Below are positions 49,682 through 62,075 of a stretch of DNA of 64,000 nt, one piece after another; positions within the stretch are counted from its first letter, which is position 1; each line of letters starts with the position of its first letter. The DNA is taken from the NCBI GenBank assembly GCA_001244265.2, contig CDLV01000009.1, positions 992,001 to 1,056,000 on the forward strand, in the 5' to 3' direction. The notes below the pieces were generated by a model. That model made no database searches and had not been told where the DNA came from. It was given only the letters and a program-made list of their open reading frames with translations. Source of the DNA: Microbotryum violaceum (Eukaryota). A program made the translations under genes and the position numbers.

Positions 49682-51838
49682 ATGCACGGCAATTACCTCC
49701 GCCTCTTATTGGGATCGATCCTCATCTGTCAAGTCATTGCGAAATGGTACAAATACGACACGGGTGATCATAGAATCCCGCGACGACACCGCGGGGTCGA
49801 TCTGCGGGGCCGACACCATGCTTCAGGCGTACTTGGGGGCGACTTCAGCTCCAATATCGAAACGGCGAACCAAACGATTCAAATCGATGAACTCCGCCAG
49901 ACTACCGACACAAAAGGAGAAAATGAGGATCTACAAGTCAGTGATCAAGAGGGAAATGGCTCCTCGTTCGACGAATCGGACAAGGCTTCGAACGGTCGAA
50001 TCATCATCAGTGGGCCCCCTCGCTATGTTAACCCCGCGGTCCGCGAGAAATACCTCAGGATCGATATGCGCTCGAAGGGGTTTACTCTGGACGAAGAGCC
50101 TTTCCGTGTGGTTGGAATCAGTGTGTTCGCGGTGTCTGATCGGCAAAGGTGCCAAAGGTGCCAAAGAGGGATGCGAAACTGACCATTTTAATATTGTGAT
50201 TGAGGCAGATATTTATTGTAAGTCTAACGGGTTCGCATGATGAGTATATCGCATGTGAAGGTTCCGCCTCAAGCTCATTTTGCGCTTCCGTGGTGGTTGC
50301 GAGTTTCATTCGGAGAGCACCGAGCGGCGCACTGCGGGCTCGGTGCTTCGGAGGCCATCGCTTCTCGTACTTTCGACTGATAAATCCACTCTGCGCAGGG
50401 CTTTGTAATGACGAGAATGTTCTCGGTGTGAAACCAGGAACGCCCACGCAGAAGCGGCGCATCCGCGAAGCACTCGCAGCGGCCGTGGCTATGGGTGCCA
50501 ACACCGTCCGCGTCGGATCCTGCGGGATCTCACTCGGCTACGCGGACGCCCTTCAACCTGATCAACACCATCGTGCTGCCCCTAGAAGCCCGGCGATGGA
50601 CATTCACGACTACGCAATTTATGCTGCTGGCAGATACGGGCGTGAGTGCAAGAATGAGGCGCCTGTTCGCCTCGCTCAAGGAGCTCACTGCATCGTGTCG
50701 TGACTACTAACTCCCTCGATCGGGCAGTCAAGATTATTCTTCCGCTGATGGACAATTACGATTACTACCATGGTGGGAAGTATACGGTCCTGAAATGGCT
50801 CGGCATCTCGGCCGAGCACAACGGCGCCAACTTCTTCACGGACCCTAGGGCGATCGCGTTTTTCAAGTCCTACATCGAGTTCGGTCAGTTCGCTCTCTCC
50901 CGAGAGAAATACCAGCCTGGTATATTGTATCGTTGAACCGGTGTATTGTCAAACCGGTGCATCGTACAGTCCTCAACAGAAAAAATCCCTACACTATGCG
51001 CACGTATGGAGAGGACCCCGTCGTCTCCATCATCGAGGACGGGAACGAGTTTGGAGCCTATAAGGGGTCGGAAGGCTACCCACCGCTTGCGTTCACGGAC
51101 GAGATTGCTGCGCAAGTCAAAAAGTTTGCACCCCAGGCCCTGTTCATGGACGGAACAGATGGCTTCTTCAAGTAGGTTCCTGTTATTTATTCAAGGATGC
51201 AAGCCAGACCTCAGGGGCTCACAAACCTATCGCGCGATGTGTAGTCTCACCGGTGGGTTCTCAACCCGACTCCCACGCATGAAAAGAGCAGACCAGTAAT
51301 TTCCGGTGAAACAGCTCATTTACAGGCACCAGGATTACGTTCTAAAGCGGTCGACATCGTCACGGACCACCCGTACCCTCGAGATATCCCCCTGTTACAA
51401 ATGCAGGCATTTCTTGCTCGGATCAGCGGTAAGGCCTTCATCCTCGGCGAAATGGACTGGGTACCTAGTGCTCCATCTAGGAACCCGCCTTCACGCCTAG
51501 TCGAACCGAGTTTGTCGGCCTATCTTAACGTGCTTGATCGCTACCCCAACAGTAAGCTTCCTCTACGGATGCGAATGGTGAGACCCGTCTTGTCACGAAT
51601 TCTGACCTGCTTCAATCTCGCAGTCGGAGTTTTGGCGTGGAGCCTGTTCGTCCATACCGACGACTGCCGTGACTGGGTCCGACACCACGATGGATACGAG
51701 ATGTATTACCCTCTACCCCAAGACACCGCCGAGAAGCAAGCCAACGTCTTGACGCTCGTTCAGTGGTTCTACGCCCGGACCGGCCGTGAGGTTCCGTCTC
51801 TACTACCCTACCAAACGTGCCCCCAAGAAGAGTTCTAG
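49682..51838 (+). CDS. Secreted glycoside hydrolase family 5, endo-beta-1,4-mannanase-like
   Basis: N-terminal signal peptide; FRVVGI|NIYW|LCNDEN, AMGANTVR, DNYDYYHGGK, NPYT..YGEDP..EDGNE (acid/base Glu), DHPYP, FILGEMDW (nucleophile Glu), LAWSLF. Confidence 0.88.
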
Positions 51839-52425
51839 AACTGCGGGGCAGCTCTGTGAACGCCGGACTGCTGTATTTTACCTACGGGACGAAGTAGCTC
51901 GTGCGGATTACATCTAGTCAAGGCCTCTTAATGGAATACACGTACCCAGTCTCTGGAACCTGATTCACGTTTCCCTGGCAAAGGAGCTGATACTCATCTG
52001 TGATCTGGTTGATCTTCGACGGAAGCCCGAGAGTGGACAGTGTAAGAGACAGTACCAGGTTGCAGCAGCCCAAAGGCGGGTAAAAGGCAGTAGTATGTGA
52101 CATAGAAGAAGAGTATCCGAAGATTTCCGTATGCTAACTCGGCGGTCAATGATGCGTCGATGCAATGCGAGTGAGATTCCGGATCGAGAGGGAAGACTAC
52201 AGGGCGAAAGATCCAAAGAATATCGGATACGTAAGGGGGTGCTAAAAAAGACGAGCTGGTCAGAAGGAAGAGGAAAATCGGCGGAATGATACAAAAGTAG
52301 TGTCCTTGCGGTGACCTTTTGGGGTGGAGAGCGATGCGAAGTCGGAGCGTGAGTTATGAGTGTCTGTGTGTGTTCCGAGTCGAGTTGCGAGGCTGTGATT
52401 AATTGATGATGAGATTCATGGATGT

Positions 52426-55400
52426 TCATGGCATGGGAGTGAGGCGGAACTGGGATTGGAATCGAGAGGCTGATCGGTTGCCAAAGAGTCCCAGCGCATT
52501 CGGAGACGTGGAAGAGTTAGCCGTTTTTGACGAGGGCTTGAAACTCGACCTTTTGGGCGGCACGGGGCTCGAGGCACCCGAGCCGGGAGGGGTACTTGCA
52601 GACGAGCGGGACGAAACGGGGCTGAGAGTGTTTGCTACCTGGGTTGCCTCACCACTGGCCTCGTGCGCGCTGGGCAGCTCGAGATCGGGCGTGGACTTGA
52701 AGGCGAGGCGAGACGGCGCCGAATACGATGACGAGACGGGATTGGGATTCGGACCGCCGGCGAAGAACTGGGCCAGGGAGGGAGTGGAGTGGGCGCGTTT
52801 GGAAAAGAAGTCCCCAATCTTGTGAGAAGCGGCGGAGGCTCGACGTTGCAGACTAGACGGTCCGAGGTTGTTGGGCTCTTGCAATGTCTCGCGGCGAGAA
52901 TACGGGTCTCGCGACGGGGGATCGTCATCTTGCGTGCTGCCCAAAAGGAAGGCACTGCTTCGTCGACGCAGCTTGAGCACATCGCCGAGCGTCGACGTCA
53001 TCCGACGAGAACCACTTCCTTGCCCAGATTTCATTCCATGCGAGGAGTTGATCGCAAAGAGCCTCTCGTCGAAATCGCGAAGATCAAGATGATCACGGTA
53101 ATCGGGTGACGGCGGGATTGAGGACGGCGGCGTCTCCGTCGATCCAGCACTGCCCGTATTCGACGTGGTCCCATGCGACTCGGATGAATTCGTGCCCGAC
53201 GTGGACGATGAAACAGAGTTCTGTCGGTCGACGCCAGCCGTGGTCGACGCCTTCACGGCGGGGGCTGCTGTCGCGGCGGAAGGCGTAGTCGGGGTGATCG
53301 CCGACATTCCTCGCAAGGAATGCAAGGAAGAATGCGAAGACGCGCGCCGGACCGCCTTGCCTTTCCACGATCCCAGCTTTTTCAACGGCGGTGACATCAG
53401 CGTGTCGACCTCGGCCAACATCGGGCGGGAGCTTTTGAACGCGCTGGGGTTGTTGGCACTGCCACTCTTGCTTTTGCGAAGCGAAGTGGACCAGTTGCGG
53501 TTCTCAAACGCCGACGAAAGAACGGGAGAGTAGGCGGTATCAGGATCCCCAACGTGAGATGTCCTCGACAGGCCCATTGGATCAAAGCTCGACATGCGCC
53601 GTCGCTCCTTGTCACTGAGAGAACCCACCTGGCTCGTCATGCTCCGACGGGGTCCGAACGCAGATCGAGTGCGACCGGCGAGAATTCGTGCTTGGGTCAA
53701 GTCTTGCGAGAAGACGTCGGCAAGACGCAAGTCGATCGCGGCGTAGGAGGCAGCCGAACTCTTGCCGAGCAAGGCCGAGGCCGTCGAGCTGAAGCGATTG
53801 CGAGAAGACATCGTGGATGACATCGACACGTGGTTGAACGAGGTCGCAGTGTGCGGGATCGGGCCGGTCTCAGAAAAGGTGGGCGAGTCTTCGGTCGTCA
53901 CACTAGTAGGAGATCGTTCGTACAAGCCCGGAAGAGACAGTCCGCTGTTCGTTCGCGAGTGCGAGCGCTTCTGTGTGGTCGAAGGCGTCACCGCGACCAG
54001 ACTGGAGACCAGAGTTTCGTCGAAGAGTGTCGGCAGACCCTGCGAGTCAAGCTCTTGGCTGTCCCATGCTCGATGAGCTTCGGTTTTGGCGGCCAGAAGT
54101 CGCTCAAGCCAGATCGCCTTCTCGTTCACGCAAGTAGAGCCCAGCTCGAACGTGTGCTCGCGGCAGGAAAGGCGGATCGAGTAAAGCAGCGCACCTGTGG
54201 ACCAGACGTCGTAAGCTTCAACATCAAGGGCTTTAGATATCTAGGTCAGTGGGGTCGAGTCTGACTCACCTTCGCCGTCGGGCAGATCAACAATGTCGAA
54301 CAAGCGCAAAGGTAGCCATTCCCGAGGTTCATAGCTATCCCGCTTTTTGATCTTGCCAATAATGAGATGCGACCGATACAAGAAGCACCTATAAAGAAAA
54401 AGTTTGATTTGATCAGAATGAAATCGAACTTGAGGGTCACATCTTCTGTGGAGGTCGTGCTTACCCGAAGTACTTGACGCGCAGGCCCGAGTCGGCCGAG
54501 TGCGATCGGTGCAGCACGTGCAGCGATCCTACAAGCAACGTCGGTCCGAGCACATCGCAGAACGCCGCGTTGGCGGGGGCCAGGAACTCCATTCTCGTCG
54601 CGACAATCTTCGTGCGAATCTCGCCGGCGCGAGCTCGCTGCGCCGCATCAACCCCCTCAGCGACGATGTGCAGGCCGTCTCTTGCGCTCCTCATCACCTC
54701 GTAAGCTGGACCAGGAGGAAGATGTTTGAGAACTTGACTGAAAACTAGCGGGTAGCGGCAAATGCGTTGTACGGGCGTGATGGCATAGTCGGCATACCGA
54801 AGGCGACTGCGAGCGGCGGACGCGACTGCTGAGGCGGAGCCGGCTGCGCTCGAAGTGGATGGAGCGTTCAAAGTGACCAATGACGAGGGATGGGAGAAAG
54901 CGATGGCGGTCGATACCCTGGAAGAAGAGGAAGGTGGGGAAGGAGGAAAGAATGGCGACTGTGCAGTGGTAGCGACGGGGGTCTGCTCGCCCGATGAAAT
55001 GGATGGGGAAGCTGGGCCGGCGTGCGAACTGCATTGACGTTCGAACGTCTCCCATTCTGGCGTGTCCTTGAGCGAGTTGACGACGTCGGCTGCCTCGACA
55101 TAGCCCGCACAAAATTGATTATAGAGGAGGAAGTTCGGAAGCTGCACATCGAAGGAAGGATCCACCGGTGGGCGAAGAGAGGCGATCAGTGATTCGTCGG
55201 TCGAGTTGAAGCCCCTCCTCCGAACGCGTGCACTCACTTCATCGAGGAAAATCTGAGAGATACGACCCGCAGCTTGAGCTACTTGCGAGCTGCGTTGCTT
55301 CTGATATTGTTGCCCTATCCTGCGCCAGTCGAGCTCTCGCTCGACCTCCTCGATGCGGGTGCCAATGCGCTCGTGCAACTCGAGCACAGCCTCGCCGTTG

Positions 55401-56833
55401 CGGATGACGGTCCGCAGCTGGTCGACCGAGAGCAAGGTCAAAAAGGGTAGGGTGTGGAAGTAAACCTATGTTTGCGAGCGAATGTTGGGTCAGATGCACA
55501 TGGCCTCGAAGTTCAGGAACCCGAACCACACAAGTACACTGACCTTGACTAGCACCCTCAAGTGCTCAAGGTAGAGTGCTTCGGTGTCGACCAGCTCGAG
55601 CAGGCTGTGGAAGCGCTTCGAGTGTCTGCTCTCCTCTTCCGCTTCCTGCTCCGAGTCCTTTTCCGAAGACAATCCTACCGGGGTCTCAGGTAAGACATTC
55701 GCGTCGAGGGGACATTCGACCGCACAGGCCAAAGATAGGAGTGGGGCCGAGCACGAGTGTTCGGGCATCGCGTAGAAGAGAGGTGAACTGGGCGAAGCCG
55801 GCCATGAGGGGATGGACTGGGTGGCCGATGGGGGTGTGAACATGAGATGGATGGGTGAGGTCAACCCAGTCGAAGGTGGTACGCTGTGAATCGGCGGCGA
55901 TGACGAATTGTGAGTAATCGAAGCCGAAAGAGTCACGGACTCGGGGTTCGTCGAGACCCCTGTTGATACAGGGAAGGGCAAAGCGCCGCCAGCTGCATTG
56001 TCGTACATTGAGGTCTGATTGGTCGAGCTCGTACTCGTGGGTGATGAAGACGTGCTGACCAGTGTAATCGGCTCGTCAAGACGCTGCCTGAGCTGGACAG
56101 AGGGCGTGCAGGGTGAATCGAGTGGGGAAGGCTCGGAGCCGCGATCTCTAGGTAATGAGGTCACACTTTTATCGAGGACCGAGTTTGTAAACACACGATT
56201 CGCCCACCGTTCCGTCGTGTCGGATCGTGGAGGGCGCGGGGCCAAGTCGACCAGCCTTGCCAGTGGCTCCAAGCGCTCGGCGCCGCTCGATGAAGCGGTC
56301 GCGATCGACAACCGCGATGGCCACGACGAAGCGTCGCCCGACGATGATACTGGCCTTCGGAGCGTGCGCGGGGTGGAACTGCGTCGGATCGTCGAGGTGG
56401 GAGGTGTGGGAAGGATGGGAACCCAGGTACTAGGTTCAAACGAGGACGCGCGACGATGACTGTCGGCGTGACTGCGGAGCTCAGGCCCGTGCCTGTCCGC
56501 GTCGGCGAGCCCCTCGTCGCTGTCGTCGCCCTGCTCGTCGAAGTCGAACGGAGTATCATCGCCGCCAGCCGAAGATCTTTTGGATCGAAGCAGAGCCCTC
56601 GATAGCTGGGCTTGCAGCTTGATGAGCTGTAGGCGATGATCCCTGCCCGTCGACGGCTTGACCGCGGCGGGCGCGATCGCGAGCAGAGGACCGAGCGTTG
56701 ACGTCGTAGGCGGCGGCGGCGTTATCGTCGATGGTGGTGGTCCGTGCGGGGGTACGGAGGTGCTGCTGCATTCGTCCGAGCACGCATCGTCGTCGGCGAT
56801 GAGTGGTGGCACGACAGTCGCAAGATCGAGCAT
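52426..56833 (-). CDS. Dbl-family Rho guanine nucleotide exchange factor (DH-PH) with disordered termini
   Basis: KRFHSLLELVDTEALYLEHLRVLVK, YNQFCAGY, DYAITPVQRICRYPLVF, PH-like LLVGSLHV...VKYFG and FELGSTCVNEKAIWLE. Start codon inferred. Confidence 0.88.
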
Positions 56834-59089
56834 GCTGTGGCGCTGCGTCGCTACGTGAGGAGGTGGGGCTTGGCAGCGGCAGCGTCGTCGTCGTACTGCC
56901 CCCTCCGATTCGATTCGCTCGATGGGTCGTCTCGTCTGCTCGCCTCGCTCGCACCACGCGTCCGAATCCCAATTCGTTGAGCGCCTTGGCACGTGCTGTG
57001 AATGGAATCGTGGACGGAAGAGATCGAACTCGTCAGGGAAATAGCTCGATGTAAAGGATACGAGGTAAGAGAGACTTTGCAACCTGCGAACTGATGCGCT
57101 GAGACACAGAATCAAACTTGCGAGAGGGAGAGGAGCGGTCCAACTGCCGAGGGCGACGGCGATGAACGGCTGCTCGCGACAGGTAGCGACTGGCTGCGGC
57201 GCTAGCGGCTTCAAGGAACCACGATCGGGGGACTGCTCGACCGGTCGAGTTCGTCGTCTGAGTTCGCGTTAGTCTCTGCAGCACCAAGGCCACCATTTAT
57301 CACGTGATTGGCGTTGACGATGAGGCGGCCAAGCCGGGAACCACGCCAATAGTGGAAAAGCACCAGCTCGGACCAGCTTGCACTATGTACGTCTGGCAGA
57401 GCGTTTAATGCCGTCGGCCGACCTCGGAGTGTGAATATGGCTACAGTCCTAATCCCAGCGAAGTAACGGCCCCGCTTGCAAAATGGGATACGGTGTATGA
57501 TATGGAAGGTGGTACGGTGTCCCAGTCGATTTAAAGTTTAAGTCATAAATTCCAACTAGTCTTGTTCAAAGACAGAATCTAACAAACGCTAGAGCCGCTG
57601 GACCACCATAACATGTCTCATATATCATATATCGCTCTAGCAGAAATATCATCGATCCACGCGCTCCTAATCAAGAGATCACATTTCCGCCGCAGGCGCC
57701 CCACCCATGATCGACCCCGGTGCATTTCCTATTATCCGATCGCTACCTCGGATATGTCTTTCTTCCCGTCAGGGGCTTACGAAACAGAAGGGCGTCATTC
57801 CGCAATGTTGATCGAGCGAACTAGCGTAGATGTTTCCTTGCTTCTCTTCCTATCACACCACATTATCCACGTCAGGATGAAACACTTCTTCGTGCCCTTC
57901 CTCGCTTCTGCGATGGCCACGGTTTCCAGCGTCCAGCTCACCCGTGCCTTCACCCAACCAAGACTCGGACCAAACTAGCCCCTCTCTTCCGTTCGCTCAG
58001 GCCGGCGGGATCTAAATACCGATATCTCTACTTCATCAACAGGAGTATAACAGCCCGAAACTGTTTGCAACAAGATCAAAGGGTGGCAATATTGCCTGAG
58101 ATTTATCATCATCTCATCCAAGTCTCCCAGCTGTTGCAGGAATCACCTGGTCCGGGGGCGTCCGTCTTTGTCGTGTGTGGGGGTCTGGAACGCGTGTGCG
58201 GCTACAGGGTACTCAAAACAATTGATTTCCACCTTCTCTATCCTGGGGGTTTATGAGATACTTCACATGCGCCGCATGCTTCGAACTTCCTCAGCGACTC
58301 AATCTAAAATCGCTGGCTTAGTAGGCGAGGTGCCAAAGTGTTAGTATTCGGTCGTCGTGCATCATGTCCGATCGCAAGGCTTCGATCTCGTCAGACCATT
58401 GCATCTCGACTTCTTCGGTAGCTGGTGGTTGAGCCTGTATAGATGATGATACTTTTTTAGATAACTTGGTAGAACGTTCAGTATAATTGGCAAGTAATCT
58501 CCAGCCCCACCAAGATCTCAGGAAGTGGTTGTCTGTCGGTTCAGCGCTCAGCAGCTCGGCATCGACCCCGGGATCCCAAGGTAGCACATGCTTAGCCTAT
58601 GACAGGCTGCAAGGACAAACCTCGAACCTCTTGGTTTCAAGAGACCAAAAGAAACCCCTTTCGACCAAATATGTGTGGAACACGACCCCCGTCCTTTCTG
58701 CGCTTATCTCGTCTCGGTGCGGACGTTCGGCGATTATCGTCCTTTTTGCCCCAGGGGCTCGAGCTCACACCCCAGACGAGAATCCCGACGCGTGTTCGCT
58801 CTCATAGATGGGAAGACCACATTCAGTGGTTTGCTATGTGTTCGTTCGAGGTCATGTAATCGATCACCGGATTCGGCCATCATTGCGTAGGGACGAGGTC
58901 GACGAGTGGCCGCTGAAGCGACAAACCTTCGGCCGCTCATGAGGCTTAGTAGAGCAGAAAGTGGAATGACACAAGGTCAATAATTGCATACAATATATAC
59001 ACGTATAAACCAAACATTTGAGACCAGTGTCTCCCCCGAAGTCTCCCATCCTTGCTCGGACCCTCGAAGACGCCTCCCTCGCCTCTCGC

Positions 59090-60049
59090 TCAATCGTCGC
59101 CGGGGGGCATGTTCTCCTCCATAAACCTGACTAGCGTGACCCTCAACTCGGTCTTTTCGTCACCTCGTAATGCGTCGCTCACGATCGTTGCCGTCACGCT
59201 TGTTTGGATCTATGAGCAGAGGGAAGTGGGGGAGCAATCAAATTCTGCTCGGACCGTCTCGAATTTTCTTCAAAGCGGGAGGATCATGTGCACTCTTTTT
59301 AGGGATACACAGCTCGCGAATTGCCCCACTTACCATCTCCAAAGCCCCCCTGATGACACCTTCCAATACCTTGGCATAGTCGAGTCCGCCCTCGATCGCT
59401 TCGTCCGGCAATTCGACAAAATCCGTTAAGGGGTTCTCGTCAAAGATGAGGGAGAAGGAAGGTTGTTGATTAGCCGAGAGGGCGGGATGGTGTACGAGTG
59501 TTGGTGTGATGGAGAGGAGGGACCGGAAGGCGACCTGAGATGGGGAGATGGGTATCAGGGGATCCGTGGGGGCCAAGGTAGAGGGATGGGAGAGCTGGCA
59601 ACGTACCTTGGAAACGACCTCGCCTGTTTCTGAAAAGTCCCGACATCTAGTGAGACCTGTTCGGGCGAGAAAGTCCTCGATCAAGCGTACGCCAATGTTG
59701 TAACCCCTGCAGAGCGAGTCGGTCGTTCACGGTCGGGTCAGGTCAGCAACGTGGGGTTATGGGCAGTCGGAGCACCCAGTACCACTTGCATCCTTTCCAA
59801 CTGCGTGTTGACCTGCTGGTAGTCCTCATAGTCCTTGATGAGCTGTACGACGAGTGCGCCGTACGTGAGCGAGAAGAGCTCGGCGTTGATCTGGCAGGGC
59901 GACGTGACGTTGATCAGCAACGGGGCAGAAAACGGCTGAGAATAGTGCAACACAACGCAATGACCTGCCTTGTCGGATTTCTTGTAGAGCTCGTCACCGA
60001 GCAACTTGTGCTTGCTGGGGCCGGCACTGAGAGGATTGAGCGAGGACAT
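59090..60049 (-). CDS. BET3: TRAPP complex subunit Bet3/TRAPPC3
   Basis: [87 protein letters not shown]. Confidence 0.97.
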
Positions 60050-60484
60050 GTTCCCGACGTGGTCTCAAGCTGGGGATGTGGACGAGGCGAGGTGGATCGA
60101 GGAGCCAGTGGGTAATCGAGATGCCAGTCGACAAAGATGGTCAAGAGTCCTCCGAACACGGGGTAGGTGGTGGCTGGCGTGGGAAAGGGGTGCGCCAGAG
60201 TTCCCGGACAAGCGCGGACTGCCGAGGTGGGGGCGGCGGGCGCGGGCATTTTGTCCGCAGTCGGCCGCAGCTTGTCCTCTCTCCTCTCTTGGACAAAATC
60301 ACGTCCTGCTCGTTCCGTTGCCCACAAAGAATCGCGTTGCTCTCGACAATCGTCCCAACTGCCCCGTTTCACCTTCTAACCCCCCGCCTTGTCCACGGGG
60401 CCGCTGCCCGGTCTCCCGTCTCCCATCGTCCGGCTACCCCACCGACCACCCACCGGGTATCCCCATCCAGCCGAACGTGGCACT

Positions 60485-62034
60485 ATGCCTTCCTCCTCGA
60501 CCAATCCCTCAATCCTCATCATTGGAGCTGGTCTTTCAGGCTTGAATCTCGCCCGCTCACTCAAGCATTACCAACCGATCATCCTTGAGGCACGCCATCG
60601 TCTCGGTGGAAGGGCCTACTCGGTTCCCCTCGGTGCCGGTGACCATGACGCCAGCGTCGATATGGGTTGTGCGATGGTCCATGGATGGAATGAAGGCAAC
60701 CCCGTGCGGGAGTTCATTCACGGTTACGGAGGCGTGAGTTTTTGGCCCATGCTCTCCGGAGTGCAAAATCGTCGGCTTGCAAAGAAAACTCTGACCTTTC
60801 TCATCTCCATCTCGAGCAGAACGCCCAAATTGTCCCCAATACGAAAAACATCATCATTAGCTCATCAGGACCATTGGATTTCTCCCAAACCGAAGCGCTA
60901 CAAAACCTGTCCTCGAAGCATGCCTTCTCAAGCTCCTCCGACCCCTCCCCAAGTGCAACCGATTCGATCGCTTCCCTTTTATTGCCCACGTTCCCGAAAG
61001 AGCACAAGAACGAGCTCGAAGCTTTGGCAAGAGCACAACAGAATGGAGCGGGGATCACGTTGGAACAGACCTCGGCAAAGTGGTTCGGGTTTGCGAGGAA
61101 CTGCTTTGGAACCGACGCACTCCCCGAACGAGGGTACTCGACCGAAGTCGTGGACAGATTGGCCGAAGAGGTTCGAGCAGATGGGGGACAGATCGAATTG
61201 GGGATCAATATCGTCACACTCGAGGATCTGGGTTCGGAAAAAGGCGTCAGAGTGACAAGTCAGGATGGTCAAGAGTGGACAGCCGATTACGTCGTCTCGA
61301 CGATCCCGCTCGGCGTCTTGCAGCAGGGCGCAATTTCCTTCTCCCCGGCATTACCTCGGGATCTACGCATGGCGATCCAAAGGACCGCTGTGGGTGTGTT
61401 GGAAAAGGTTGTGCTGACGTATGACGAAACTTGGTGGACCGAGTCGGAACAAGTCGGTGGTTTCACCCTCTTGCCCACCGCCGAGGACCGGGATCTTTCG
61501 CGGGCCAAGACACCGAAAGAGGTCTTGGAACGTACGACCTTGGCTGTTCAATCGCTGTATCGTATCGCTTCGAAGCCGACACCTACTCTACTCGTCTACC
61601 TCGGAGCTGATTCGGGCCGACGGCTAATCGAGGACCATTCAAAAGAGACCATCGCCCAAGCTGTGCACGACTACTTCATCTCCAGGATACCCGTTTCAGA
61701 GGGGAAGAAAGCTCCTGCTCAAGCGAAGCATTCGGTGATCTCGGACTGGGTCAAGGATCCCTTTTCATACGGCGCTACATCGACCCCTGTCAGTTTGAAT
61801 AAGAGCGAGGATGGAGAAGCGGCGAGTCCGATCGATTTCATCATTCTCTCGAGGAGTATCTGGGAGGGAAGGTTGGGCTTTGCTGGAGAGCATAGCGAGA
61901 TGGATCATCGGGGAAGTGTTGTCGGTGCTTTGGTGTCGGGGGAGAGGGAGGCCAGGAGGCTTAAGGAGGTGCTCGAAAGGAAAGCGCAATCTGGGGGGGC
62001 CAGCGGGAAAGTTGTAGCTGATAGGCAGCAGTGA
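60485..62034 (+). CDS. Flavin-containing amine oxidase (polyamine oxidase/Fms1-like)
   Basis: IIGAGLSGL, LEARHRLGGR, DMGCAMVHG, ADYVVSTIPLGVL, LEKVVL, WVKDPFSYGA, FAGEH...GSVVGALVSGEREARRL; one intron 60734-60819. Confidence 0.9.
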
Positions 62035-62075
62035 TGCGAGGGTTTAGATTACAACAAGTAGATCCCCAAGAATTC

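Noticed and set aside
50237-50380. Intronic box C/D snoRNA in the GH5 gene (ATGATGA ... CTGA, 10-bp hairpin 50316-50347, 9-nt complement to the LSU sarcin-ricin loop)
   Set aside because: The CTGA sits at the likely branch point 18 nt from the acceptor, there is no terminal stem, and the complementary stretch does not abut the D box. The hairpin is real but unexplained; an Infernal or snoscan search would settle it.
50701-50710. TGA-CTA stop-codon readthrough motif
   Set aside because: It lies inside a GH5 intron, not at a real stop codon.
55142-55237. Apparent insertion in the RhoGEF DH domain
   Set aside because: It is a 96-nt stop-free GT-AG intron; similar 3n introns occur in NDUFS3, TFG1 and the monooxygenase.
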